Part shown: piece by piece, positions 1-12,475 of the stretch
Layout of the letters: every line of letters starts with the position of its first letter
Numbering within the stretch: position 1 is the first letter of the stretch
NCBI RefSeq assembly: GCF_036971445.1
Contig: NC_091469.1
Coordinates: forward strand, 159,340,001 to 159,404,000
Length of the DNA: 64,000 bases
From: Narcine bancroftii
Lineage: Eukaryota
Direction: 5' to 3'
Made by a program: the position numbers and the translations under genes
Notes under the pieces: generated by a model
The model's input: only the letters and a program-made list of their open reading frames with translations
The model's database searches: none
Told to the model about the DNA's origin: nothing

Positions 1-692
1 AGGTCAGTTAAGATCTCAGGATAGGAGCAGAATTAGGCCATTCAGCCTATTGAATCTGCCCCACCATTTAATAATGAACTGATCCATTTTCCCACTCGGG
101 CCCACTGCCCATCCTTTCCCCATAACCTTTAATACCCGGGCTAATCAAGAACCAGTCAATCTCTGCCTTAAATGCACCCAATTATGTTCAAAAGCAGAAA
201 TGCATTTAAAAACAAACAGGATGTTAAATTTAATTTCATCTGTGGAACTGTTTTAAGAGGAAATCAGAAGAGAAATTGGGTCTGCCAGGAATGAGCTGAG
301 AAAGCACTTGGAACATCAAAGAATGAATCCCCAAAAGGAACAAAGGGCCACGTTGCTTCATCAATTGATGTTTGTCACACAAGCTACAAGAGCAGAAGTA
401 GGTCATGTTCCACAGACCCTCTGGCTAAAGACATTTCTCCGCATCTCGGTTTTAAACTGATGCCCTTTTATCCTGAAGTTGTGGCCTCTTGTCCTAGACT
501 CCCCAGGATGGGAAACATCCTTTGCACATCTACTCTGTTCAGGCCTTTCCACATTGAAAATGTCTATGAATCCCCACTCCTCCTTCTGTACTCCAACGAG
601 TGCCGTCCAAGAGCTGACAAACGCTCCTCATTTGCTAACCCTTTAATTCCTGGTAAATCTGCCTTGAATCCTCTCAAATGCTAGCACATCCT

Positions 693-983
693 TGTGGTGT
701 GCTGTTAGCCAGAATCAGACACACACAAGGTAAAGACTGTACAACAGGCTTTAATCAATAAAGACTTCTACAGAGCCAGGCTGGCTGTGGCTGCAGCACC
801 TCTGAGTGAGGCCTCAGGTGGCCGGCGCAGGCTTATATCCCGGAGGATGATTGACACCCGACCGGGTGGGGCTTGATCCATTCAGGCCGTCTGAGTGACA
901 GTCGGCCAGGTGTTGCCTGTCCCCTTACACTCCTACAGGTACAGAGATTTCCCCCTGCAGTAGGCAGGTGGTGCACCATCACA
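693..983 (-). mobile_element. Solo LTR (291 bp)
   Basis: TGTGGTG...CATCACA termini. Perfect 5-bp TSD ATCCT (688-692, 984-988). The site is empty in the other arm (~22260). Strand is tentative. Confidence 0.85.
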
Positions 984-1242
984 ATCCTTTCTCAAATAAG
1001 GTACCCAAAATTGTACACAGTACAGGTAGACCCTGACCCATGACTCTCCCCACTAATGAGCGAATTTTAAAAAATTTATCCACATTAAAAAAACATAACA
1101 TTTACATGGTTTATGTTGTATTTCACAAACTATATCAGGGATACAAGAGCCAAGATGTGCGTACTTACCTTATTAGTAAGCGTTCCAGATACTGAGGTTG
1201 GGCGTGCAAATATGCGAGCCTTCAGAAGGTGCATGCGCTGTG

Positions 1243-1358
1243 GGGTTCGCGTATCGGAGTTCAGTTGGCGCATGTGGGAGAGTTAAGGATGTAATTTCAA
1301 TATCGTTAGAGTGATTAGCTCTCCCGCATGCGCCAACCGAACTCCGATACGCGAACCC
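1243..1358. repeat. CpG-rich hairpin/palindrome (44-bp stem, 3 mismatches, 28-nt loop)
   Basis: GGGTTCGCGTATCGGAGTTCAGTTGGCGCATGTGGGAGAGTTAA (1243-1286) pairs with TTAGCTCTCCCGCATGCGCCAACCGAACTCCGATACGCGAACCC (1315-1358). Confidence 0.9.
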
Positions 1359-2371
1359 AACAAAGGCTCACTCATTTGCCAATTGAAGACTTGTGCATGG
1401 GTACAGGAATCGAGATATCCGCACCCAGCCCTGTGGCCCCAACTTGGGCCAGAATGTGGAGAGATTTGTTGCCAGGTTTTGGGGTCTTCTGGGCCGGTCA
1501 TATTAGCCATAAAGTTGAAGTGGTTTCTTAATTGAAACTCACGAACAATGGGTGTTGGCTTAAAAGCATTTGTGTGTACACACAGCATTCTACTGGCAGT
1601 TGGACAAAAGAGCAGGACTTTTAATTCAATGACTAACAGACCATCTGGAGTCACATTCACTTATAAGTGGACAGAAATGCTTTTAACATTTAAATATGAA
1701 TTAGCTTTGGAAGTAAGTTCAAAAGGCCATCTGCTGTGGTTCATGCTTTTGGAAAAATGAAACAGAAATGATGTCATGTGGCAGGTGGTGAGAATTTTCG
1801 GAGAAACATATCACTGTAAGGAGAGGCATTTTGAAACCAGAAGGAAGTTGAGCATCCTGGAAAAGGCAGGACTGAAAGACAGTCGCCTCTATCGAGAGAG
1901 AGCAATGCTGTTCTGGATTGTATTATCCTTATCATAGGAGATAGCCCCAATCAGTGGCCATGAAGAAGAGTCACTTCACTGTCTCTTTGACAAAAGAAGC
2001 CAGTTTCAGGATTGAAGATACAGTGATCAGAAAAGATCATGTTGTGTGTTACTCCTGGACAAAGGGGACACAGAATAAGTGGCTTCTGAAATAAGGAAAC
2101 CACTTCCTGTCACTTGGTGAGGGGCCTTCAGCCTCGAGAGCTGCTGGTTATCTGTGAGCAGTCATGGGTGTTCGTAGATAGTGAATAATTTATTTAATTA
2201 ATTCAAAGGGTCGGTCTTTTGTTTGTTTATTTATTTTCCCGGGGTGATTTTGAAAGTTGGGTGGGGGCCTCGCGCAGGTGCGTGATGTTGGGCAGGCAGG
2301 AGAATTTATAAAGGGAAGGCCAGCTTACCCTGCTGTTCACTTGGTGAGGAGCCTTTAGCCACGAGAGTCTG

Positions 2372-5300
2372 GTGCCTGCTGGGAATTGATGATTGTGAGA
2401 GGGATTAATTGGGAAATTAAGTAAATTATCAGGGACCAATAAAAAGGAGGGTTCACTAAAGGAGGGGCCAGTGAGTAAGCGGCCTAGTGAAGGAGAGAGA
2501 CTTCAAGGCTTTGACTCGAGAGGCTTTTGCGAGCTGAGGAAGAGCCCTCTGTGAGGTCAGGTTTGGTAAGTCTCTTTTGAAGTTGATCTAAATTAATCTA
2601 ATGTAAATTGAAGAGCAGGTGATAGATGCAGTTAGGGCAGGTGAGTGCAGGATGTGGGAGGTCAGGGGCAGCACAGATGTTCCTGATGATGACACATGCA
2701 AAAATGCATCCAGTTGCAACTCATGGAAGCCTGGGTTAGGGAGCTGGAGTTACAGCTGGATGAACTGTGGATCATAAGGGAGGGAGAGGCAGTGATAGAT
2801 AGGAGTGATGGGGAGGCAGTCATCCCCAGCAGTCAGGAGTCAGGGAAATGGGTGTCTGTGAGGAAAGGGAAAGGAGGGGAGAGAGGCAGTGCTGAGAACT
2901 CTTTTGGCTGTTACCCTCAACATCAAGTATACTGCTTTGGATACTGTTGGATACTGATGATCTACAGGGGACAAGTCATGGAGATCGGGTCTCTGGCACA
3001 GGGGCTGGACCCTTGGCTCAGAAGGGAAGGCGGGGAAAAGAGTAGGGCTCTTGAAGTTGGCGACTTGCTGGTTAGGGGAGCAGATAGAAGGTTTGCTGGA
3101 TGTGATCGCTAATACAAAAATACCAACCAATCGCCTGATTGGTATATTGCTTCCCAGGTGCTAGGGTCAGGGATGTCTCTGATCATGTCCACAGCATTCT
3201 GGAGAGGAAGGGCGAGCATACAGAAATTGTGGTCCATATGGGGACCAATGACATAGTTAAAAATGGGGATGAGGTCCTGAAAAGGGATTACATAGATTTA
3301 GGGGAGAAGATGAAAAGCAGGACCTCAAGAATGGCAATCTTGGGATTGCCGCCTGTACCATGTGCTAGTGAGGGTAGGAATAGGAAATTGTGGAGGATGA
3401 CTGTGTGGCTCAGGAGCTGGGGCAGGGGTTCACATTTCTAGATCATTGGGATCTCTTCTGAGGCAAGTCTGACCTGAACAAAAGGGATGGGCTGTACTTG
3501 AACTGGAGGGGGACCAATATCCTGGCGGGCAGGTTTGTTAGAGCTGATGGGGAGGGTTTAAACTAGTTTGGCAGGGGGATGGGAATCAGAATGAGAGTAC
3601 GGAGATGAGGGAGGAAGTACACCTAGATTGGAAGGAACAGAACATAAATATAAATGAAGGAGGGAGGACGGTAAAGGTAGTTAGTCACACAAGGAGTACA
3701 TGTGGAGGAAAGTCTCTCTAGGACATGTATTTTAATGCAAGGAGCCTAGTAAATAAGGAGAATGAGCTTAAGGCATGGACGGCCATGTGGAAATACGATA
3801 TTGTGGTCATCAGTGAAGCTTAGTTGCAGGACCCAGGTTTGGCAGTTAAATATTCCAGGATTCTGTTGTTTTACGCATGGTAGGACAGGGGGGATAAAAG
3901 ATGGGTGGGGGGGGGGTTGCATTGCTTATTAGAGAGAACATTACAGCAGTGCTGTGGCAGGATGGTTCGGTGGGATCGTCCAGCGAGGCTATTTGGGTGG
4001 AATTGAGGAATGGCAGAGGCATGAATATATTAATGGGAGTGACCAGCTAATGGGCTGAGGGAATTAGAGGAGCAAATTTGTAAGGAGATTGCATATACGT
4101 GTAATAAACACAAAGTGGTAGTTGTGGGAGATTTCAACTTTCCTAACATTAACTGGAACACCCATACAGTAAGGGGGCTGGATGGGGTAGAGTTTATTAA
4201 TATGTTCAGGCAAGTTTTCTGAATCAATACGTAGAAGAACTGACTTGAGAAGGGGCAGAATTGGATCTCCTATTAGGGAACAAGGTAGGTCAGGTGACAG
4301 AGGTTTGTGTTGGGGAACACTTTGGGTCTAGTGATCACAATACTATTAGTTTTAGACTAGTAATGGAAAAGAATAGAGGTGGGCCAAAGGTGGAGATTCT
4401 TGACTGGAAGAAAGCAAATGTCAAGGGGATGAGAAAAGATTTGGAGGGTGTGGAATGGGATAAGTTATTTTCAGGGAAGAATGTAGCTGATAAATGGAGG
4501 ATATTCAAAGGAGAAGTTCTGAGAGGGTAAAGTTGGTCTGTCCCTGTGAGGATTAAAGGAAAGGTTAGAAACTGTAGGGAGCCTTGGTTTTTCAAAAGAT
4601 ATTGGGGACTTGTGGTAGGTAAATTAATGGAGAAAATTCTTAGAGATAGTACTTATAAACATCTGGATAGACAGGGTCTGATCAGGAGCACTCAACATGG
4701 ATTTGTGGGAGGAAGGTCATGTTTGACCAATCTGATTGAATTTTTTGAAGAGGTGACTAGGAATGTGGATGAGGGTAGCGCAGTGGATGTTGTCTATATG
4801 GACTTCAGTAAGGCCTTCGATAAGGTACCACATGGAAGGTTAGTTAGGAAGGTGCAGTCTTTAGGTATAAATTTTAAGATAGTCAAATGGATTGAACATT
4901 GGCTGAAAGGGAGAGGCCAGAGAGTGGTAGTGGATAATTGTCTGTCAGGTTGGAGGCCGGTGACCAGTGGTGTGCCTCAAGGATCTGTATTGGGCCCATT
5001 GTTGTTCGTTAAATACATTAATGATCTAGATGATGGGGTGGTGAATTGGATTAGTAAATATGCAGACGATACTAAGATAGGTGGAATAGTGGATAATGAA
5101 GAAGGTTTTCAAGGATTGCAGAGGGATTTGGGCTGCTTAGAAAAGTGGGCTGAAAAATGGCAGATGGAATTTAATGCTGATAAGTGTGAGGTGCTTCATT
5201 TTGGTAAGAAGAATCAGAATAGGACATACGTGGTAAATGGGAGAGCATTGAGAAATACAGAAGAGCAGAAAGATTTAGGAGTGACGGTACATCGTTCCCT

Positions 5301-6599
5301 GAAGGTAGAAACTCATGTGAATAGGGTGGTGAAGAAGGCTTTTAGTATGCTGGCCTTTATCAATCATTGCATGGAATATAGGAGTTGGGAGGTGATGTTG
5401 AGATTGTATAAGACGTTGGTGCGGCCTCATTTGGAGTTCTGTGTGCAGTTCTGGTCGCCTAATTATAGGAAGGATATAAACAGAGTGGAGAGAGTGCAGA
5501 GAAGGTTTACCAGAATGTTACCTGGGTTTAAGCCTCTAGAGTATAGGGAGAGATTGGGCAGATTAGGTCTTTATTCTTTGGAGCGTAGAAGGTTGAGAGG
5601 GGATTTGATAGAAGTATTTAAGATTATGAAAGGGATAGACAGAGTGGATGTGGATAGACTATTTCCGTTAAGAGGAGGAAAGATTAAAACAAGAGGACAT
5701 GAGTTAAGAATTAAGGGGCAGAGGTTTAGAGGTAACATGAGGGGGAACTTCTTTACTCAGAGAGTGGTAGCCGTGTGGAATGAGCTTCCAGGAGAAATAG
5801 TGGCGGCGGAGTCAATTGTATTATTTAAGAAAAGGTTGGACAGGTATATGGATGAGAAGAAGATGGAGGGTTATGGGCATTGTGCAGGGAGGTGGGACTA
5901 GAAAGGGGTGTTTGGTTCGGTGCGGACTAGAAGGGCCTAATGGCCTGTTTCCGTGCTGTAATTGTTATGTTATGTTATGTTATGACTTGGTTTGGAGGAA
6001 GAGGGATGTGTACAACGGGTATAAACAGCAGGGAATGGATGAAGTGATTGAGGAATATAAGTGTAAAAATAAAACAGACATAATTCTCTGAAAGTTGAAT
6101 CACATGTGGACAGGGTGGTGAAGAAGGCATTTATTATGTTGGCTTCATAAATCAGAGTATAGAACACAAGAGTTGGGATGTTATGTTGAAGTTGTACAAG
6201 GCATTGGTGAGGCCAAATTTGGAATATTGTGTGCAGTTTTGGTTGCCAAATTACAGGAAGGATAGAAACAGTATCGAGAGAGGGCAGAGGAGGTTTACGA
6301 GAATGTTGCTGGGGTTTCAGGGAATGGTTAAGCAGGCTGGGATTTTATTCCCTGGAGCATAGAAGGTTGAGGGGTTATTTGATAGAGGTATTCATAATTA
6401 TAAGGGGGAATGGAGAAAGTCAATGTGGACAGGCTTTTCCCACTGAGAGTGGGGGAGATTCAAACAAGAGGGTGTGGATTGAGAGTAAAAGGGGAAAAGT
6501 TTAAGGGAAACATTAGGGGAAGTTTCTTCATGCAGAGGATGGTGGGGATATGGAATGAACTTCTGGCAGTGGTGGTAGAAGCAAGGTCGATGTTAATAT
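2372..6599 (+). mobile_element. Old, degraded CR1/L3 LINE (ORF1 with Cys motif and SGNH esterase; ORF2 endonuclease; 3' RT remnant), interrupted by a younger CR1
   Basis: ORF1 motifs VGDLLVRG, CFPGARV and VVHMGTNDI. Endonuclease motifs VVVGDFNFP and EHFGSSDHN. Many stops and frameshifts. Confidence 0.9.
4613..5983 (+). mobile_element. Young 5'-truncated CR1 with an uninterrupted RT-to-C-terminus frame
   Basis: RT motifs DFSKAFDKV, SGVPQGSVLGP and YADD in ORF 4546..5901. (TTATG)n tail. TSD GACTTG at 4607-4612 and 5984-5989. Confidence 0.9.
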
Positions 6600-6901
6600 T
6601 GTTGGTCGTACACACACAAACACACAAACACCCACCCACACTCACCCACCCACACCCACCCACACCCACCCACCCACACCCACACTGAAGTGCCAGTTGA
6701 TGAAGTAGACAAAGACGATGTGGTCAAACAATAATCATGGCTTTTATTAGCAGAAACTCGGTACAATAATGAAAGACAATAGGTGCATTAACAGTTATAC
6801 CCAAGGGGAGTGTCCTTAACAGTAGAGATAATGCACAGCCAATGTTAGCACAGCAAGGCTCGCAAGAGGGGAGACAGGCAGCTTGGCAGACATTCACCAC
6901 A
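6600..6901 (-). mobile_element. Probable solo LTR containing a CA/CACC simple repeat
   Basis: TGTTGG...CACCACA termini and a minus-strand AATAAA. No TSD is visible and it does not match the LTR at 10216. Confidence 0.5.
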
Positions 6902-8498
6902 GTGTTCTCCACCATAGACCTGAAGGCAGCATACCACCAACTGCCCATGAGAAACAGCGATCACATTTACATGGCATTTGAGGCAGACAGCAGGCTGTTT
7001 CAATTTCTGCGACTCCTCTTCGGTGTCACTAATGGAGTGTCCCTGTTTCAGAGAGAAATGGACCGAAGAGTAGATGAGTTCCAACTGAAAGTGGTGTTCC
7101 CCTACTTAGACAACGTGACAATCTGTGGCCACACTCAGGAGGATCATGACACGAATTTAAAAACACTTCTTCCAGGCAGCCGAGGAAAGGAACCTAACAT
7201 ACAACAGAGACAAATGTGTCTTTAGCACCAGGAAGTTGCCAATCCTGGGCTACATAGTGCAGAACGGGTATATCAGCCCAGACCCAGCCCTCTCCTAGAC
7301 CTCCCAGTGCCACACACGCTGAAAGCACTAAAAAGGTGTTTGGGATTGTTCGCTTATTACCCAATGGGTCCCCAACTACGCCGACAGGGCCCGCCCACTT
7401 ATAAAAGCCTCAGTTTTCCCACTGTGTCCAGCAGCCACCAGATCATTCAGGGACATTAGGGACCATATCGCTAAAGCTACCATGCGGTCCATAGATGAGT
7501 CGATCCCATTTCAAGTAGAAACAGATGCATCCAATGTGGCTCTGGCAGCCACCCCAAACCAAGGCAGATGACCGGTGGCCTTTTAAATCATGATCCTTAC
7601 AGGGGTCAGAGGTAAGACACTCAGCAGTAGAGAAGGAGGCCCTAGCCATTGTGGAAGCAGTAAGGCACTGGCGACATTATCTGGCGTCCAAACACTTCAC
7701 CCTTGTCACGGACCAACGGTCTGTGGGTCTTATGTTCGATAACCAGAACAGGGGGAGAATTAAGAATGACAAAATCCTGCGCTGGCGGATAGAATTGTCT
7801 ACATTTAACTATGACATTCTATACCGCCCTGGGAAACTCAACGAGCCCCCGGACGCACTGTCCAGAGGCACTTGTACCATCCTTAACCCCACGTCCCAGT
7901 TGCAGAGCTTGCACAATGAGCTGGGCCATCCGGGGGTCGCTAGACTGTTTCACTTCATTAAAACCCAAAACCTCCCATTTTCGGTCGAGGAAGTGAGGTC
8001 AGTGAACAAGAGCTGCCCCATCTGTGTGGAATTTGCAAACTGCAATTTTACCGGCCAGACAAAGCCACCCTGATAAAAGCTACCAAACCTTTTGAGTGCC
8101 TCAGCCTTGATTTTAAAGGCCCACTCCCGTCCAATAATAGAAATGTCTATTTCCTAAACGTACTAGATGAATATTCCCGTTTCCCCTTCGCAATCCCGTG
8201 TTCTGATGGATCAACAGCCACTGTTATAAAATGCCTCCAACCCATCTTCAGCATATTTGGGTACCCGAACTACATACACACAGACAGGGGGGCTGCGTTC
8301 ATGAGCGCAGAAGTACCTCAGTACCTGCATGAGAGAGGGATTGCTACCAGCCGCACTACAAGTTACAATCGCAGGGGAATGGACAAGTCGAAAGGGAAAA
8401 TGCCACTATCTGGAAAACGGTCCTCTTGACCTTAAAAGCAAAAGACCTGCCTGTTACTAGATGGCAAGAAGTGTTGCCAGAAGCCCTACACTCTAGAC

Positions 8499-9522
8499 CA
8501 GGGGTGTCAAACTCAAATTCACGAAGGGCCAAAATTAAAAACTTGGACGAAGTCGAGGGTCGAACTAAATATTTATTGAAAATTTTCAACACCATCTGCA
8601 TGTTTTCTCTTCTTTCAACATATGTAATGTTAAACTTTTTCTTATTAAAATAAATGTTTAATAATAGTTTTGGATAAACTCTTTCCAGAAGCATAAACAA
8701 ATGAGAAATAAAATATTCAATAAATAATATTTCTCTATAGAGGATTTGTCAAATGTTGCTAGTGTGCTGTCGAATAGTAAAATCTGAGGGCCATTGAGAA
8801 TGTGGGAGAATAACATGATTCCTGAAACAATCCAATGGGTGACTGATTGTGGGCATGAACTCTAGCAGGGTTATTTGCCATGCCCTTTTTCCATTGGTAC
8901 AGATATCCTTTCATTTACACACTTTTCAAGTTTTATGCCTAATGAGCTTGTATCCAGGTGCAGGACCATTTTTAACCAGGAATATATTTATCACTGTGAC
9001 ATGAAACTATTGGAAGATCGTTTTATCCTGAGATTAAAGTTCATAATCCTTACTCAGGCCTGTGTGCGGGAGGGCGGGGTTTGCGGGCGATCGGGTTGGA
9101 CAACGACAGTGCGGGGGCATCGGCTCTCACTACAGGGCGGCATCTCGGCAGATCAGCGGCCCCGTCACCGTGAGTCGTGGGTCGGCCTGCGGCAGGGAGG
9201 GGGAGTGGGCAACGGTCCTGGCGAGGTCAGGCTCAAGGCCTCCGGTTCCGGGCGCTGGGAAGCGGCCTTGGCTTCCCCTGACTCCGGCCAGGCCCCAAAA
9301 CCAGAGTCCACGGTGAGACCCTGCAACGTAAACAGAGGAGGTGGGGGTGATTAGCGGGCTGACGCCAATGCATTCTGGGATTTGTTGTATTACTGTGCAT
9401 GCGCTATACTGGCGCGGCGGCCAGCGGGCCACCTCTAATACATTTTTGAAATGATCTTGCGGGCCAAATATAATTATGTTGCGGGCCAAATTTGGCCCGC
9501 GGGCCAGAGTTTGACATGTGTG
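8499..9522. mobile_element. Non-autonomous hAT DNA transposon (~1.0 kb) inserted in the Gypsy integrase
   Basis: Termini CAGGGGTGTCAAACTC...GAGTTTGACATGTGTG with GGGCC subterminal motifs. Imperfect 8-bp TSD CTCTAGAC/CTCTATTC. The host frame EALHS|IRSLLCTATN resumes after it. Confidence 0.85.
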
Positions 9523-10376
9523 CTCTATTCGTTCTTTGTTGTGTACTGCCACTAACATAACCCCACATGACCATATCTTTTCTTTCATAAGGAAAGCCAC
9601 GACGGGCACAGTTCTGCCTAAATGGATGATAACACCGGGACCTGTTCTCCTCTGGAAGCACTGCAGACCCCACAAAGCGGACCCGTTGGTGGATCAAGTG
9701 GAGTTGAGGCACGCGAACCCTCAGTACACCTTCGTCACATTCCCAGATGGAAGAGAAGACTCAGTGGCCGCCAGGGATCTCGCACCGGCCGGATGTGTGA
9801 ACAACGCGGAGGAAACACAGATGCCTACAGATCAACAAGGAGCCCAGCAGCAGTCACTAGAACAGTCGTCCATCGAGTCACCCCAGAGGACTATACCACC
9901 CACCCCGGAAATCAGGACCCTGTGGGTACGCCCGCCCCACAAAATATCACCACCCTAGACTTGATGGCAGGACCTAATCCCATACAAGAGGATCCCCAGC
10001 CCAAACGGCCACATTACCAACCAGTACTTCCCACTCCTACACTTCCACCAAGAAAGGCCAAAAGGCAGACCGCACTCCCCACCCCTACACCACTACCGAG
10101 GAGGTCCAGAAGGCAACGGAAGCCACGAAAAATTTTGGACTTATGAACTTACAAACAAGGGAAGGAAGACGGGGGGGGGTGGGGGGGGGTAAACAATTTT
10201 TTAAGGGGGGGTGAATGTGGTGATATGTAATTACACCACTAGGCCACCAGGGGTCATCCTGGTGACCTGTATATAAAGCAGTCCGGAGCTACAGTCGAGC
10301 TTTCCAGGTTCATCTTGCAGAGACAAGACCTCTTAGTGTACATATTAGTTTATTAAAGCTGTCTTATAGTCGCACT

Positions 10377-11409
10377 CTTTGGCTTGGCTTCGCGGACGAA
10401 GATTTATGGAGGGGGTAAAAAGTCCACGTCAGCTGCAGGCTCGTTTGTGGCTGACAAGTCCGATGCGGGACAGGCAGACACGATTGCAGCGGTTGCAAGG
10501 GAAAATTGGTTGGTTGGGGTTGGGTGTTGGGTTTTTCCTCCTTTGCCTTTTGTCAGTGAGGTGGGCTCTGCGGTCTTCTTCAAAGGAGGTTGCTGCCCGC
10601 CAAACTGTGAGGCGCCAAGATGCACGGTTCGAGGCGTTATCAGCCCACTGGCGGTGGTCAATGTGGCAGGCACCAAGAGATTTCTTTAGGCAGTCCTTGT
10701 ACCTTTTCTTTGGTGCACCTCTGTCACGGTGGCCAGTGGAGAGCTCGCCATATAACACAATCTTGGGAAGGCGACGGTCCTCCATTCTGGAGACGTGACC
10801 CATCCAGCGCAGCTGGATCTTCAGCAGCGTGGACTCGATGCTGTCGACCTCTGCCATCTCGAGTACTTCGACGTTAGGGGTGTAAGCGCTCCAATGGATG
10901 TTGAGGTTGGAGCGGAGACAACGCTGGTGGAAGCGTTCTAGGAGCCGTAGGTGGTGCCGGTAGAGGACCCATGATTCGGAGCCGAACAGGAGTGTGGGTA
11001 TGACAACGGCTCTGTATACGCTTATCTTTGTGAGGTTTTTCAGTTGGTTGTTTTTCCAGACTCTTTTGTGTAGTCTTCCAAAGGCGCTATTTGCCTTGGC
11101 GAGTCTGTTGTCTATCTCATTGTCGATCCTATCATCTGATGAAATGGTGCAGCCGAGATAGGTAAACTGGTTGACCGTTTTGAGTTTTGTGTGCCCGATG
11201 GAGATGTGGGGGGGCTGGTAGTCATGGTGGGGAGCTGGCTGATGGAGGACCTCAGTTTTCTTCAGGCTGACTTCCAGGCCAAACATTTTGGCAGTTTCCG
11301 CAAAGCAGGACGTCAAGCGCTGAAGAGCTGGCTCTGAATGGGCAACTAAAGCGGCATCGTCTGCAAAGAGTAGTTCACGGACAAGTTTCTCTTGTGTCTT
11401 GGTGTGAGC
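10377..11409 (-). mobile_element. 5'-truncated RTE-clade LINE inserted in the Gypsy 3' LTR
   Basis: ORF 10429..11415 with LLFADD and a C-terminal CxxC..H. TSD TCGCACT at 10370-10376 and 11410-11416. Confidence 0.92.
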
Positions 11410-11639
11410 TCGCACTGCTGGTGTGGTTATTGTCAGTACACTGTCTCCAGCCGATTCATTGGTGACATCATTTCAATTAGTACCTACTTGTGAAATGTAC
11501 ATAGCATTCTCCATAGTTTATATAAAGTCACTGAGTATGAATTCTTCAGTATTTCAAATAAAAGCTGTTTTAAAATGTGTGTATGTGTGTAACCTACTCT
11601 AATTTTACCAAATTCTCCCAATATTTATCTACATTACAA

Positions 11640-12279
11640 CCTCAAAATCCGGCAGCAACAGAAATTCACCAAGACAAATGGTTAATTAAACAAAAGTTGC
11701 TTTTAATTATCTTTAAACATGAAAACAAGATCAAACTCTAACTGATTACTATTAACTTTACTTACCCTAACTTAACCCCCTTCTAATTCTAAGCACACGT
11801 GTGTGTGTAATGTGTGTTTTTAAGTTCAAAACAAGTTATTTGATTCACAGTCAAATCTCACTTCTCACTTCTTCAAGTTCACCGGTATCAGGCAATTCTT
11901 ATAGTGTGCCCAGAATTTAACATTTAAGAATTTTCACCAAGCTTTTGTTCTTGGAAGGTAAATAGTTACTGCTCAGGAAGGTTCTTGTCGGTTTTCAGAG
12001 AGAGATTTGTGGCTTGTTGGACATACATAAACTCCTTCCCATCAGCCACTTCCATGTCTTGCCAAAGAAACTTGACTCATCAAGGTTTTCCAGATGATCA
12101 ACACTTTCTTCCAGGTTACCACAGGTCATTTTGTGTCCCTTATTTCAGGCAAAACATTATACAGCCAGCCATTTCCTCTTGTATCAACCACAAGGATTCC
12201 AACAGGCTGAACTCAGAACTCACAACCCGTCTTCAAAATGGGCTTTCAACAAGCTTCCAAAACCCACTGCCCAAAGTCA

Positions 12280-12332
<53 letters not shown>

Positions 12333-12475
12333 GAAAAATCCTGTTTGTCTCTCTCTGCTTCAACACCACAAAAAAATCAATTCCAACGACCCTGAGATGG
12401 GCCCTTCCATTTGCCAAAACATTTAGACTGGCCAAGCTCTTGTTTTTTAAATGGAATCTATTTTCACAGATCACA
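11640..12475. mobile_element. LTR-like repeat (same family as 52938-53922) containing (CT)n at ~12282-12332
   Basis: Collinear similarity with 52960-53600 (GAAATTCACCAAGA; AAGTTCACCGGTATCAGGCAATTCT; TTCAGAGAGAGATTTGT). Confidence 0.7.

Larger units (their letters stand above)
30..2369. repeat. Left arm of an inverted segmental duplication (partner 20954-23490)
   Basis: Reverse complement is collinear with 20954-23490 across both unique sequence and CR1 fragments. For example, ORF 1283..1660(-) matches ORF 21672..21938(+), and ORF 460..684(+) matches 22284..22505(-). Confidence 0.93.
6902..11440 (+). mobile_element. 5'-truncated Gypsy/Ty3 LTR retrotransposon (RT-RNaseH-integrase pseudogene, PPT, 3' LTR 10216-11440 split by an RTE)
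   Basis: Motifs VFSTIDLKAAYHQL, YLDNVTICG, KIKNDKILRWRIELS and the integrase Zn motif (HNELGHPG...CPIC). PPT AAGGGGGGGTGAA precedes TGTGGTG at 10216. The LTR ends ...GTACA at 11440. Confidence 0.9.

Noticed and set aside
4546-5901. Domesticated or active reverse transcriptase gene
   Set aside because: The 5'-truncated CR1 lacks its own start, endonuclease and N-terminal RT region. The open frame reflects youth.
11488-11530. Possible small minus-strand exon (CAG|...|GTAGGT)
   Set aside because: Weak pyrimidine tract and no recognisable peptide. It could easily be chance.
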